This document shows positions 40,955-53,555 of a DNA stretch of 64,000 nt, in pieces. The DNA lies in NCBI GenBank assembly GCA_963819655.1, contig CAWFXA010000002.1, positions 544,001 to 608,000 of the forward strand, given 5' to 3'. This DNA comes from an uncultured Chloroflexia bacterium. Lineage in GTDB: Bacteria; Chloroflexota; Limnocylindria; Limnocylindrales; CSP1-4. How positions within the stretch are numbered: position 1 is the first letter of the stretch; each line of letters opens with the position of its first letter. A program made the position numbers and the translations under genes. The notes beneath the pieces are model-generated. The model was not told the origin of the DNA. It ran no database searches and worked only from the letters and a program-made list of their open reading frames with translations.

Positions 40955-42444
40955 CAGTCGGACAGGTCGCTCCGGACGTGGATCGACGCCTGTCCGTCGC
41001 GATACGCGAGACGCCAGTCTTCCGCCTCGGTCAGCCAATGGGATAGCGGCCCGGTGACCGGCATGAGCGCGATCTCGACGGCGTGGCCGTCGAGCCACGG
41101 TCGCGGATCGCCGGTCACCGCCTCGACGGCAGCCTGCTCCGCGAGCGGGCCCTCGGCGGAGTTCCCGTACGCCCCGACGTCGCGACCCGTCATCTCGATC
41201 ACGTAGCCGGCCCAGCCATACGCCGGCAGGATCCGGCCCGCGCAGGGTTGCGCCTCCAGGACGTCGAGGGCCACGACCGGCTGCCGGTGCGCGATCGCGG
41301 CCGCCTGGGCAGACGGCATGATGAACGACCAGCCCACCGCCAGGATGGCCAACGACGCCACCGCCGCGGTCGCGATGAAGAGCGCCGGGCGGGGAGCAGA
41401 CGGTGGCGCATCGCCCACCCTGACCGGCCCGATCCCCAACCATCGCGCGACAGACGGCCCGATCGCCGGGGCGGCGGCGGCCACGACGACCAGCGCGGCG
41501 ATCGGTAGGAACCGCACGGCCCCGAGTGCTGCGAAAGTCCAGCCCGCGGCCGTCAGCAGCAGGAACGGGTCACGCCCGCGCCGCGGCCAGGCGGCGGCGA
41601 GCAGGAGAAGGCTCGCGACCAGCACCCGGGCAACCAGCAGCTCCGGGGCACGGAAGTCCGGTGAGCGCCATTCGATGATGTCGAACGAGAACGCGCTGGC
41701 CACCGCGCGATCGAATGGATAGAGGAGCAACGCGGGGCCGTACGGATTGAGCATCGCCGCCACGAGCGAGGCCGCGGCCGCGACCGCGAGCGGTGCGACG
41801 CGCCGTCCCGGCCAGACGCCCCAGCGTGCCCCGATCGGCAGCGCGAGCAGGCCGATGGCGAGCATCGCCACCAGGCCGAGGAGCGCGCTGCCATGGAGGT
41901 TCGCCCACAGCACCCCGATGAACGGCAGCGCGAGCAATGCCGTCCGCGTCCCGAGCCGGAGGTAGCTCGCGATCGCGAACGCCGTCGCCAGGACGAACAG
42001 CACGTCGAGCGTCTGACCGCGCGGCGCCCACAACGGCAGCGACGCGACGACGCCGAGGACGACCAGCGCACTGCGCGCGATGGGCGGGATCCCCGGGGCC
42101 GCGATCCCGATCAGCGCCCATGCTGCTGCGAGGATCCCTGCGGTGACCGGCACGACGAGGAGGCTCGTGCCGGTCGCACCGCCGGCGCCGTAGGCCATCG
42201 CCATCAGGACATCCCAGAGCCAGCTGTGCGCGACGAATTGATCACCCGCCGTCAGCCAGCTGAACGGGTCGGTCGCCGGGATCCCGCCAGCCAGAACGGC
42301 TTTCCCGATAGCGATGTGCCACCACGCGTCCGGGTCGACCTGGGGGCGCCAGGTCGCGACCCACGCCGCCGCGAGGAGGATGACGGCGATCGACCGGCCC
42401 ATCGGCCCGTCGTCGACCAGAACTCGCCCGAGCCGCGCCCTCAT
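40945..42444 (-). CDS. Multi-TM GT-C-like protein
   Basis: DPDAWWHIAIG, HSWL, WANLHGS, NPYG, IIEWRSPDF. Confidence 0.7.
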   Translation of the reverse strand: MRARLGRVLVDDGPMGRSIAVILLAAAWVATWRPQVDPDAWWHIAIGKAVLAGGIPATDPFSWLTAGDQFVAHSWLWDVLMAMAYGAGGATGTSLLVVPVTAGILAAAWALIGIAAPGIPPIARSALVVLGVVASLPLWAPRGQTLDVLFVLATAFAIASYLRLGTRTALLALPFIGVLWANLHGSALLGLVAMLAIGLLALPIGARWGVWPGRRVAPLAVAAAASLVAAMLNPYGPALLLYPFDRAVASAFSFDIIEWRSPDFRAPELLVARVLVASLLLLAAAWPRRGRDPFLLLTAAGWTFAALGAVRFLPIAALVVVAAAAPAIGPSVARWLGIGPVRVGDAPPSAPRPALFIATAAVASLAILAVGWSFIMPSAQAAAIAHRQPVVALDVLEAQPCAGRILPAYGWAGYVIEMTGRDVGAYGNSAEGPLAEQAAVEAVTGDPRPWLDGHAVEIALMPVTGPLSHWLTEAEDWRLAYRDGQASIHVRSDLSDCQL

Positions 42445-42499
42445 GCGGCCCGATGGTAGGCGAACCACGCGCCCCCGACAGGCATGACAGACTCCGCCG

Positions 42500-44736
42500 A
42501 TGCGTCGTTCCCATGCCATCCTGGGCATCTTCATCCTGTCCGGCGCCGCCGGGCTCGTCTACGAGATCGTGTGGTCGCGCCAGCTCGTCCTGGTGTTCGG
42601 CAACACGACCCAGGCCGTGTCCGCGATCCTCACGGGCTTCTTCGGCGGGATGGCGATCGGTGCAGCGATCGGGGGCCGGATCGCCGACCGCGTCCGTTCG
42701 CCGTTGCGCATGTACGGCTATCTCGAGCTGGCGCTGGTGGTCATCGTTCTCGTCACGCCGCTCACGTTCCAGCTCATCCACGAGGCGTACCGCGGGATCT
42801 ACCCGGCGCTCGAATCGACGCCGTTCCTGGCGCTTGCGCGCCTCGCCTTGGCCGTGCTCGCCCTGGCTCCGGCGACCGTGATGATGGGCGCGACGTTCCC
42901 GGCCCTCGTCAAACATGTCGCCCGGACCGCCGCTCTGAGCGATGCCTTCGGCCGGCTGTACTCGGCGAACACGATCGGTGCAGTGGTCGGCACGCTGCTG
43001 GCCGGCCTGGTCCTCGTCGAGCTGCTCGGCCTGTCTGGAGCGCTGCTGGTCGGCGCAGCCTGCTCCGGGATCGCCGGGCTGATCGCCCTGTGGCTGGCCC
43101 GCGGCGACACCGAGGAGGTCGTCCGCCGAGAGACACCGGCCCGTCCCGCAGCGGCCGGCCCCCGGCCGACGATCGTGCTGGCGCTCGTCATCGCGTTCCT
43201 GTCGGGGCTGACGTCGCTCGGCTACCAGGTCACCTGGACCCGCCTCCTGACCTCCGGTACCGGCGGCTATACCTACGTCTTCACAGCTGTCCTTGCGCTC
43301 TTCCTGACCGGGATCGCGCTCGGGGCGGTGCTGTTCACCCGACTGCGCCCGCGCATCACCAGCCCGATCCGGGTGCTGGCGATCGCGCAGCTCGCGGTCG
43401 CGGCCCTCGCGGTCCTCGGTCTGCTGCTCGTGATCGAGTCACCGCGCCCGCTCGATCCGGGCGACCCGTTGGCCTCGGTCCGCGCGCTGATCGTCGCGGC
43501 GGTCGTCGTGGTCCTGCCGGTCTCGACGATCCTCGGCATCGCCTTTCCGACGGCCTCCGCGCTCCTCCGCGACGAGCTCGGCGAGGCCGGTTCGGAGTCG
43601 GGCGCGCTCCTGGCGTCGAACACGACCGGGGCGATCCTCGGCAGCCTCGTCATCCCGTTCGTCCTGATGCCGACGATCGGCTCGCCGGCGATCGTGATCG
43701 TGCTCGCGGTCGTCAATGCCACGCTCGGCGTCGTGCTGGCCTGGCTGGCGTCGCCGCGTTCGCGTTGGCTGTCGGCGGTCGGGATCGGCCTCATCGCCGT
43801 CATGGTGTTCCTCGCCGCACGGCCAGGAGCCATCACGCAGCCGAACGTCACGCTCATCGAGTCGCTCGGCGGTCGGATCTTCGCGTCCGACGAGGACGAG
43901 ATCGCATCGGTCCAGGCAGGCCAGAAGTCGTCGACGCCCGAGCTGTGGGTGGCCGGCACGTCGATGACGCTGCTGACCGTCGACGCGAAGCTGATGCCGA
44001 TCCTGCCACTCATCGCCCGGCCCGACTCGGAGCGCGCGCTGGTCGTCGCCTTCGGCATGGGGACGGCGTTCCGGTCGGCCCTGATCGCCGGTCTGCGGAC
44101 CGATGTCGTGGAGCTCGTGCCGTCGGTGCCGGAGATGTTCGGCTGGTACTACGCCGATGCCGCCGCGGTCCTTGCCGATCCCGACGGACGCCTCGTCGTC
44201 GCCGATGGCCGCAATCACCTGGAGCTCGCGACTGAGCGCTTCGACATCATCGTGACCGACCCGCCGCCGCCGATCGAGAGCTCCGGCGCGTCGGTCATCT
44301 CGTCGCACGAGTACTACGAGGCCGGGCACGACCACCTGACGGCGGGCGGCGTGATGATGCAGTGGGTGCCGTTCGGCGCCCCGGAGCCCGAGCTCAAGGA
44401 GCATATCCGGACGTTCGCCGCGGTCTTCCCCGAGGTCCTGATCGTCCGCGGCGCGGGAGGCTACGGGTTCTACATGCTCGGCTCGGACGAACCCCTCGAC
44501 CTGGACCCCGGATCGCGCGGAGGTCCTCGCGCGACCGGGCGTCCTCGAGGACATCTCGTCCGCCTACGACTCGCCCGCCGACGGCGATCGCCGAGTGGCT
44601 CGACGTCATCGATCGCCAGATCTGGCTCACGGACGACGAGGCGCGCGCCTACGTCGGCGATGGTCCGCTGATCACCGACGATCGGCCGCGCCCGGAGTAT
44701 TTCCTGCTCCGTCGCTGGCTCGGGCTGGCGGACTAG
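42500..44736 (+). CDS. Fused multi-TM (MFS-like)/spermidine synthase-like protein, frameshift near 44510
   Basis: LSGAAGLVYEIVW, MGATFP, YSANTIGA; C-terminal AFGMGT, VELVPSV, DGRNHL, FDIIVTDPPPP. Confidence 0.85.
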
Positions 44737-44783
44737 CGCCGGCGCCGGTTGCGCCCGCAACCACTTCCCGCGACCGATGCTAT

Positions 44784-45994
44784 CCTCGCGACGATGACCG
44801 CCCCCACGCTCGACGCGGAGCCCGCCTGTCCCGGGTCCGTCGAGCCCTCGACCAGCGACCCGTTTCCGAACCGGCGCCTGCTTCGCGCCGAGCAGCGACC
44901 GATCGACGCCATCCCGCAGGCGACGTGGGATCGACTCGCCGCGCGCGAACCCCTGGGCCACGCCGTTCTCGCGTGGGCCTTCCAGCGCGCGTGGTGGGAT
45001 GCGTACGCGGCCAACGCCCACGAGGAGACGCTCGTGGTCTGCCGGGACGACGGCTCGGGCCGGAGAGCCGATCGCGATCGTCCCGCTGATGCATCGCCAC
45101 GAGGTCGAGCCGACCGACGCCCTCACCCACACGACGATGCGCCACGGGGCCGACCTGCGGCTGACCCCGGTCCCGCCGACCGCGAAGGCCGTCTTCTTCG
45201 GCGCCTCGTACCACGCCGACTACGCGACGATCCTGGCCGACCCCGCCGACCTGCCGGCCGTCGCCGACGCGCCGTCGCGGCCTACTTCGCCGAGCCCCGA
45301 CCGCGGCGACTGGGACGTCGTCGACCTGCGCCGGCTGCGCTGTGCCGACCCGACCGGCGACGGCGCTGGCCGCCGCGTTCGGCGCCTCGAGATGCCGAAC
45401 GGCTGGACGCTCAACGTCGAGCGCGAGGACGTCTGCCCGGTCGTGACGTTTCCCGAGGGCGTCGGACATGGACGGCTACCTCGCCACGCTCGGCAAGAAG
45501 GAGCGCCACGAGATCCGTCGCAAGGTCCGCCGGGCCGAGGCGGTCGGCGAGGTCCGCCTGGTCGACTCGCACCGATCCCGCTGGCCGACCTCGAGGCGTT
45601 CATCGACCTCCACCAGACGCGCTGGGGCGCCGACGGGCTGTTCCCGCCGACACGCCGGTGGCGACGCAGAGCCGCGTGCTGTTCGCCCGGCTGTTCGAGC
45701 TGTTCGGCGCCGACGGTCCGCTGCGCTCTGACGTTCCTGTGGGTCGGCGACCGGCGGATCGCCGCCGGCATCCACTTCGAGACCGCCGACGGCCTCCTGT
45801 ACTACAACGCCGGCGTCGATCCCGACGCGCGCGACCTGTCGCCGGGCGTGCTGATGGTCCACGCGTACGTCGCCCGTGCCCTCGACCGCGGGATCCGGCG
45901 GATGGACTTCCTGCGCGGCGACGAGTCCTACAAGTACGAGTGGGGCGCCGTGGACGAGCCCATCCAGCGACTGCTCGTCCGACGAGGCGCCTGA
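44784..45994 (+). CDS. GNAT acetyltransferase (CelD/BcsL-like), frameshifted
   Basis: YNAG, LSPGVLM, MDFLRGDESYKYEWG, KERHEIRRKVRR. Confidence 0.78.
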
Positions 45995-47260
45995 TGAGCG
46001 CCGGCCCCGGAGCCGCCCGATCCCTGCCTCGAGACCGTCCCGGACGGCGCCGACGGCCGGCAGGTCGGATCCGCGTCGTCGAGGTCCTCGCGACCGGCAC
46101 GAACGGCGGCGCCCAGGAGCACCTGTACGGGCTCGTCACCCGGATGGACCCGGACCGCTACGACGTCTCGATCGTGTCGCTGTCGACCGGGCAGCGCCGT
46201 CCGCAAGCTGCAGCGGGCCGGCTTCGACGTCCTCGTCATCGACGAGCCGGACGACGCGATCGCGGTCGGCGCGCTGGCCGCGCACCTGGCCGAGGTCCGC
46301 GCCGACGTCATCCACAACCACATGTACCGGGCCGAGACCGTCGGGACGCGCGCGGCGATCGCCCTCGGCGAGATCGGCCATCGCCGGCCGTACGTCGTGT
46401 CTCGACCGTCCACTCCAGCCGCATCCGGTCCGAGGAGGATCGCGACATGCTGCGCGACCTGACGCCGCACATGGACCAGCTGATCGCGGTGTCGACGATG
46501 ATCGAGCACAAGCTCGAGCGACGAGGGCCGGACGACCGCCCCGATCCGGCTCATCTACAACGGCGTCGACCTGTCCCGCTACGACCACACGGAGCCGTGC
46601 TGCACGCTGCCCGAGGAGTACGGGATGGAGCCGGGCTCGCAGATCGTCGGCGTCGTCGCGCGGCTCGAGCCGGAGAAGGGCCACCCGACGCTGCTCGAGG
46701 CGTGGCCCGCCGGTCCTGCGAGCGGTGCCGGACGCCTACCTGCTGATCGTCGGCGAAGGGTCGCGGCGCGAGGCGCTCGAGGCCCAGGCGCGTGAGCTGC
46801 GCATCGCCCATCGCGTGGTGTTCACCGGCCGACGCGACGACGTGCCGGCGGTGACGGCCGCGCTCGACGTGGCCGTGCTGCCCGTCGTATCGCGAGGCGC
46901 AGGGCCTGTCGATCCTCGAGGCGCATGGCGCTGTCGCGCCCGGTCGTCGCGTCGAACGTCGGCGGGATCCCGGAGATGATCACGGACGGCGTCAACGGGC
47001 TGCTCGTGCCGCCGCACGATGCCGACGCGCTGGCCGCGGCCATCGTCCGGCTGCTGCGCGACCACCCGTTCGCCGACACGATCGGTCGAGCCGGCCACGA
47101 CCTGGTCCACGACCGCTTCTGCATCGAGCTGATGGTCGACGCGGTCCAGACGATCTACGACGAGGGCGCGCGCGCCGTCCGCCCGATCCGAGGTCGCCGC
47201 GGTCTAGACCGGCCGACTAGGACCATCGGGCCGGTGCCGACGACGCACCGGGGCGCGTAG
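45994..47260 (+). CDS. GT4 glycosyltransferase, frameshifted
   Basis: GGAQEH, IYNGVD, ARLEPEKGH, GRRDDVP, PVVASNVGGIPE. Confidence 0.82.
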
Positions 47261-47269
47261 CATTCCGGC

Positions 47270-48713
47270 GTGTCGCTCGCGCGCCTCTGGGTGTTCCTCG
47301 CCGTCGCGCCTGCCCGTGCTCGCGGCGCTCCTCGCGCCGATGTCGACGGTCGACCTCACCTACCACCTGCGCGCCGGCGCCGAGATCGCTCGCGACGCGG
47401 GCGATCCCGACGGTCGACACGTGGACGTTCACCGCGGCCGGGCAGCCGTGGGTCGACCAGCAGTGGGGCGCCCAGGTCGATCCTGCGCGCGGCCGAGCCG
47501 CTCGGCGGCTGGACCGGCCTCGCCCTGCTGCGGGCCGCCCTGAGCCGGGGTCGATCTTCGGCGTGCCTGTTCGTCATCGCCCGGCGTCGCGGCCTGGACG
47601 CCCGGACCGCGCGCGCTGCTGTCGCTCGTCGCCTTCGTCGTCGCCGCGCCGGCGATGGCGCTCCGGCCGCAGCTGCTCGGGATGGCCTGCTTCGCGCTCG
47701 TGCTCCTCGCTCGTCGACCGATCGCCGCGACGCACCCGCGCCGGCTGTGGCTCGTGCCGCTGGTCGTCGCGATCTGGGCGAACCTCCACGGCAGCTTCTT
47801 CCTCGGGCCGCTCGTGCTCGGGCTGGCCTGGCTGGAGGACCTCCACGATCGCGTCCGCGCCGCCGCATCGGACGCTCGTCGTCGCGCGTCGTCAGCGCGC
47901 CGCCGCCTGCCTCACGCCGTTCGGACCGGCGGTCTGGGCCTACGCGGTCGGGCTGTCGACGAACCCGGAGGTCACCGCCCGGATCACCGAGTGGCAGCCG
48001 ACGTCGCTCCGGACGGTGCCGGGCTCCTGTTCTTCGCCTCGGCGCTCGCGGTCGTCGCCCTGATCGCCCGACGCGGCCGCGCGATCGTCGTGGCCGACGC
48101 TCGCCTGGCTCGGCGTCTTCTTCGTGATCGGCGCGTACGCCGAGCGCGGGCGTGGCGTGGTGGCCGCTCGCGCGCGGTCGTCGCCGGTCGCCGGGCTCTG
48201 CTCGATCCCGTCGGCGGCCGGCGCGGTCGCGAGACCCGCCGATGATCCGGCGCCTCAACGTCGCTGGTCGCCGGCGTGATCGTCCTCGCCGGCGTCGCGC
48301 TCCTGCCGGTCTGGCGGCCGATCGACCCGGGGACCGGCGCGCCCGCGATCGGCGTCGCTCGCGGACGCCCCGCCGGGCGTCACCGCCGCGCTCCGCGACC
48401 TCGCCGCAGCCCGGCGACCGGGTCTTCAACCCGCAGACGTGGGGCTCGTGGTTCGAGTACGCGCTGCCCGACGCTCCTCGTCGCAATCGATTCGCGCATC
48501 GAGCTCTTCCCGCCCGAGGTCTGGGGCGACTACGAGGCGTCGTGCCGGGGGCGACGGCTGGCAGGACGCGGCTCGAGCGCCTGGGACGTGCGCGTTCGTC
48601 GTCACGACAGCCCGCGACGCAGCGCGTTCGCGACCGGCTTGCTGGCCGCCGGCTGGACGGAGCTCTATCGCGATGCCGGACGGTGCCCGTTCGCTCGGCC
48701 GACGGCGGACTAG
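47270..48713 (+). CDS. Multi-TM GT-C-like protein (paralog of 40945-42444), heavily frameshifted
   Basis: DLTYHLRAG, LRPQ, WANLHGSF, ITEWQP, IDSRIELF. Confidence 0.62.
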
Positions 48714-48760
48714 GACCATCGGTGCGGTGACGTCGCGCACCGGACGACTAGACTCCCGCC

Positions 48761-49970
48761 ATGACCGACGCACGCACCCGACCTCGATGTCGTCGTCCTT
48801 GGCGGCGGCGGCCATGTCGGCCTGCCGCTGAGCCTGGCCTTCGCCGACGCCGGGCTCCGCGTCGGGATCTACGACACCAACCAGGCGACGCTCGATCGGA
48901 TCGCGGCCGGCGAGATGCCGTTCCTCGAGAACGGCGCCGACGAGCTTCTTCGCGAGCGTGCTCACGACGGGCCGCCTGGAGCTCGGCACGAGCGGCGACG
49001 ATGATCGAGCGGACCGAGGCGCTCGTCGTCGTCATCGGCACGCCGGTCGACGAGTTCCTCGGACCGTCGATGACGGTCTTCGAGCAGGCCGTCGACCAGA
49101 TCTCGCCGCACCTCCGCGATGGCGCGCTCGTGGTCCTGCGGAGCACGGTCTATCCGGGCACGACCGCGTACGTGACCCAACACCTGCGCGCGGCCGGCTG
49201 CTCGGTCGACGTCGCCTTCTGCCCGGAGCGCATCGCCGAGGGTCATGCCCTCGAGGAGCTGCATACGCTGCCCCAGATCATCGGCGCGGACGACGACCAG
49301 GCCGCCGAGCGGGCGACCGACCTGTTCCACCACCTCGTGTCGAAGACCGTCCGGACGACCACCAAGGAAGCCGAGCTCGCGAAGCTCTTCACCAACACGT
49401 GGCGGTACATGAAGTTCGCCGTCGCGAACCAGTTCTTCATGATCGCGGACCAGGCGGGCGTGGACTACACCAACGTCCTGCGGGCGATCCGCGAGGACTA
49501 CCCGCGCGCGGCCGACCTGCCGGGCCCGGGCTTCGCCGCCGGCCCGTGCCTGTTCAAGGACACGATGCAGCTCGCGGCGTTCACGACCGACCACTTCCCG
49601 ATGGGCCAGGCGGCGATGCAGGTCAACGAAGGGCTGCCCGCCTACATCGTGGCGGCGCTCGAGCGGCGGTACGACGGCCTCCAGGGCAAGACCGTCGGCA
49701 TCCTCGGCATGGCGTTCAAGGCCGAATCGGACGACACCCGGGCGTCGCTCTCGCTACAAGCTCCGCAAGCTCCTGTCGTGGTCCGGCGCTCGTGTCCTGG
49801 CGACCGACCCGTACGTCCAGGACGATCGCCTCGTGACGCTCGACTGCGTCCTCCGCGAGAGCGACATCCTCGTCCTCGGGGCGCCGCATCGCGCCTATCG
49901 CAACCTGGAGATCGGCGGCAAGGACGTCGTCGACGTGTGGGGCGTGCTCGGTCAGGGCATCCGGCTCTGA
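48761..49970 (+). CDS. Nucleotide-sugar dehydrogenase (UDP-Glc/GDP-Man/WecC family), frameshifted
   Basis: GGGGHVGLP, LRSTVYPGTT, FCPERI, AELAKLFTN, GPCLFKD, GMAFK. Confidence 0.88.
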
Positions 49971-50994
49971 TGCGAATCCTCGTCACGGGCGCGGCCGGCT
50001 TCATCAACGGCTACCTCGTCCCCGAGCTGCTCGAGGCCGGCCACGAGGTGATCGGCCTCGACGATTTCTCGAAGTACGGTCGGCTGACGAAGTCGTACGA
50101 CGACCACCCGTGCTACCGCTTCGTGGAGGGCGACGCCAAGGACACCGCTCTCCTGACGCGAGCTCGCCGCCGACGTCGACCAGGTCGTCGCCTCGGCCGC
50201 GATGATCGGCGGGATCAGCTACTTCCACGAGTTCGCGTACGACCTGCATGGCCGAGAACGAGCGGATCCTCGCGTCGACATTCGATGCCGCGATCGCCGC
50301 CCACCGGTCGGGCCACCTGGGACGGATCATCGTCGTCTCGTCGTCGATGGTGTACGAGTCGGCGACCATCTTCCCGACGCCGGAAGGCGCCCAGCTCACC
50401 TCGCCTCCGCCGATCTCGACGTACGGCTTCCAGAAGCTCGCATCGGAGTACTTCGCCAAGGGCGCATGGGAGCAGTACCAGCTGCCGTACACGATCGTCC
50501 GGCCGTTCAACTGCGTCGGCATCGGCGAGCGCCGCGCGCTGCGCGACACCGACATCATGTCGGGCAATGTGAAGCTCGCGTTGTCGCACGTCGTCCCGGA
50601 CCTCGTGCTCAAGGTGCTCAAGGGTCAGGATCCGCTGCACATCCTCGGCGACGGCTCGCAGGTGCGGCACTACACGTACGGCGGCGACCTCGCCCACGGC
50701 ATCCGGCTCGCGATGGAATCCGATGCCGCGGTGAACGAAGACGTGAACCTGTCGACCGCTGCGTCGACCACGGTCCTCGAGCTCGCGACCGCGATCTGGC
50801 ACAAGGTCCATGGCCCGGAGCGCGAGTTCCAGTTCGTGTCCGACCCGCCGTTCGAGCACGACGTCCAGATGCGGGTCCCGGACGTCCGCAAGGCGCGCGA
50901 GCTGCTCGGCTTCGAGGCGACCACCCCGCTCGACACGATGCTCGACGAAGTCATCCCCTGGATCCGCGGAGAGGTGGAGGCCGGCCGGCTGTGA
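49970..50994 (+). CDS. NAD-dependent epimerase/dehydratase, frameshifted
   Basis: LVTGAAGFI, SSSMVYE, YGFQK, RPFNCVG. Confidence 0.87.
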
Positions 50995-51650
50995 GCCGGC
51001 TCCTGCCCGAGCTGTACGACGCGCGGTTCGACGAGCGCGAGGTCAGCGCGAAGGACGCCGTGTGGCGCGAGATCGTCGCGTACCTGCAGCGCTTCGTCGA
51101 CCCAGAGGCGCCGATCCTGGATCTCGCGTGCGACCGCGGCCACTTCATCCGCTGGGTCCGCGGCACCGAGCGATGGGCCACGGATATCCGTGACATGCGA
51201 GCCGCCCTGCCGGAGGACATCCGGTTCGTGCAGGCGTCGGGGCTGGACCTGACGACGGTGATCCCCAACGGCTACTTCGGCACGGTCTTCATGAGCAACT
51301 ACCTCGAACACCTCGAGACGAGCGACGCCGTCGTCGACCAGCTGCGGGTCGTGCGCCAGCTGCTCCGGCCCGGCGGACGCGCGATCGTCCTGCAGCCGAA
51401 TATCCGCCTCGTCGGGCCGCGCTACTGGGACTTCATCGACCACAAGGTCGCCCTCACGGAGCGCAGCCTCCTCGAGGCGGCCGAGCTGGCTCAGCTCCAC
51501 ACGGTCGAGCTGGTCACCCGATTCCTGCCGTACTCGACCAAGGGCCGGCTGCCGACCGACGCACGGCTGGTCCGCGCCTATCTGCGCTTCCGACCGGCCT
51601 GGTGGCTCCTCGGACGACAGACCCTGCTCGTCGCAGAGGCTCGCGCGTGA
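50991..51650 (+). CDS. Class I SAM-dependent methyltransferase
   Basis: ILDLACDRG, SNYLEHL, LRPGG. Confidence 0.8.
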   Translation: MSRLLPELYDARFDEREVSAKDAVWREIVAYLQRFVDPEAPILDLACDRGHFIRWVRGTERWATDIRDMRAALPEDIRFVQASGLDLTTVIPNGYFGTVFMSNYLEHLETSDAVVDQLRVVRQLLRPGGRAIVLQPNIRLVGPRYWDFIDHKVALTERSLLEAAELAQLHTVELVTRFLPYSTKGRLPTDARLVRAYLRFRPAWWLLGRQTLLVAEARA

Positions 51651-52378
51651 CCGCCCCGGAGCTGTCGATCGTCATGCCCGTCTTCAAGGAAGGTGAGGCC
51701 GTCGAGCCCGCGCTCCGTGCCCTGACGCGCGACGTCCGCACGCCGCACGAGATCCTGGTCGTGTACGACTTCGACGAGGACCCGACCGTCCGGGTGATCG
51801 AGCGTCTAGCCGCACAGCTACCCGCAGTCCGCGGCTATCGGAATGACCTCGGGCGCGGCGTCCTGAACGCGATGAAGGCGGGGATCGCCGGCTCGACCGG
51901 ACCCTACGTCCTGATCACCATGGCCGACGGCTCCGATGAGCCACACATCGTCGACTCGATGGTGGCGCTGGCGCGCGACGGCGCCGATGTGGTGGCGGCC
52001 TCGCGCTACATGTCCGGCGGGCAGCAGATAGGCGGGCCGCCGTTGAAGCGGCTGATGAGCCGGACCGCCGGGCTGACGCTGCACTGGTTCGCCGGTGTCC
52101 CGACCCACGACCCGACGAACAACTTCAAGCTCTACTCCCGGCGGTTCCTCGACGCCGTCACGATCGAGAGCTCCGCCGGGTTCGAGCTCGCCCTCGAGCT
52201 CACCGTGAAGGCCACACTCGACGGCCGGACCGTCGCGGAGGTCCCGACGACGTGGCGCGACAGGACCGCCGGCCAGAGCAACTTCAAGCTCCGCAAATGG
52301 CTGCCGCAGTACCTGCACTGGTACCGGCAGGCGTTCGTCGGTCGCTGGCTCGGGGGCGTCCGCCGGGCAGCCCCATGA
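51647..52378 (+). CDS. GT2 polyprenyl-phosphate glycosyltransferase (DPM1/ArnC-like)
   Basis: SIVMPVFKE, MADGSD, DVVAASRY, HDPTNNFK. Confidence 0.85.
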   Translation: MTAPELSIVMPVFKEGEAVEPALRALTRDVRTPHEILVVYDFDEDPTVRVIERLAAQLPAVRGYRNDLGRGVLNAMKAGIAGSTGPYVLITMADGSDEPHIVDSMVALARDGADVVAASRYMSGGQQIGGPPLKRLMSRTAGLTLHWFAGVPTHDPTNNFKLYSRRFLDAVTIESSAGFELALELTVKATLDGRTVAEVPTTWRDRTAGQSNFKLRKWLPQYLHWYRQAFVGRWLGGVRRAAP

Positions 52379-53299
52379 TCGAGCGCTACCGACTGGCCCT
52401 CGAACGGGTCGGCCTGCCAGCCTGGTTCCTGGCGATCGACGCTGCTCTGGATCGTCAAACCGGACACGCTCGGCATCGACGCCCGGCATTACCAGAACGC
52501 GGCCGCGGCCTGGCTCGCCGGCGGCGACCCATGGGCCGTCACGGAGTCCGGCATCCCGTATGCCTCGGCGCCGCACACCCTGCTCTTCTACGCGCCGACG
52601 AACGTGCTGCCGCTGACGGTCGCGACATGGGCCTGGCTGCTGGTCGGCGTCGTCGCGGCGGTCTGGCTCGTCCGTCGACTGGAGCTGCCGCTGTGGTGGC
52701 TGGCCTTCCCGCCGCTGCTCCACGGCGTGTGGAACGGCAACCCGCAGACGATCGCGCTGGCACTCCTCGTGCAGGGCAGCCTGGTCGGCGCCGTCGCCGC
52801 GGTCGGGCTCAAGCTCTACGCCGCCATCCCGTTGCTGACTCGCTGGCGCCATCTCGTGATCGCGGGTGCCGTCATCGCCGCGGTGACGCTCATCCTGCCG
52901 TGGCAGCTGTACCTCGACCGGGGGCTGGGCGTCGGCAGCCATCTGCAGACCGCCTGGAACGGCAGCGCGTGGCGGATCCCGGTCCTCGTCCTCCCGACGC
53001 TCGTCGGCCTGTGGATCCTCCGCCGCCAGGGTGCCGAGTGGTTCGCGGTCCCGGCCGTCTTCCCGGCCACGCAGTTCTACTACGTCGCGATGGCCCTGCC
53101 CGCCCTGGTCGGGCGGCCGGTCATCGCGGCGCTCCTCGCGGTACCGATGGTGCTCATGGTCCCGCTCGTGGTGATCGGGCTGGCGGTCCGGGAGGTGGCT
53201 TCGTCGCAGGGCTGGCTGCCGCGATCACGGGACCGGCGCCCCCTCGACGAGGCGGCGCCACGCCTCGGCGAGGACCTCGGGAGGGATGGGGCGCACTGA
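52375..53299 (+). CDS. Short GT87-like membrane protein, frameshift near 52440
   Basis: GIDARHY, GGDPW, WNGNPQ, LKLYA. Confidence 0.6.
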
Positions 53300-53555
53300 G
53301 CCCGGCACCAGCCGATCGGTCCGCGGATCGCCGTACTGCGCCACGATCCGACGCAGGGACTCGGGCGAGGGCACGAGGACGAAGGATCGCGTAGGATCGA
53401 CCCCGGGCGGCCCACTCGTCGGCGAAGAACGTCATGCCGAAGCCGAGCCCGAGCAGCGCGAGCGCTGCGGCCAGCGCGATGGCGCCGAACGCCACGACCC
53501 AGCGGTCCGGGAACGGCGCCCGACGGCTGATCTGCTCGGGCGCAGGTTCCGTCAC
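53225..53555 (-). pseudogene. Internally deleted GT-C-like gene
   Basis: N-terminus with TM and MTFFADEW joined out of frame to a C-terminus-like segment (PGVDPTRSFVLVPSP...GAPVP*). Confidence 0.5.
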
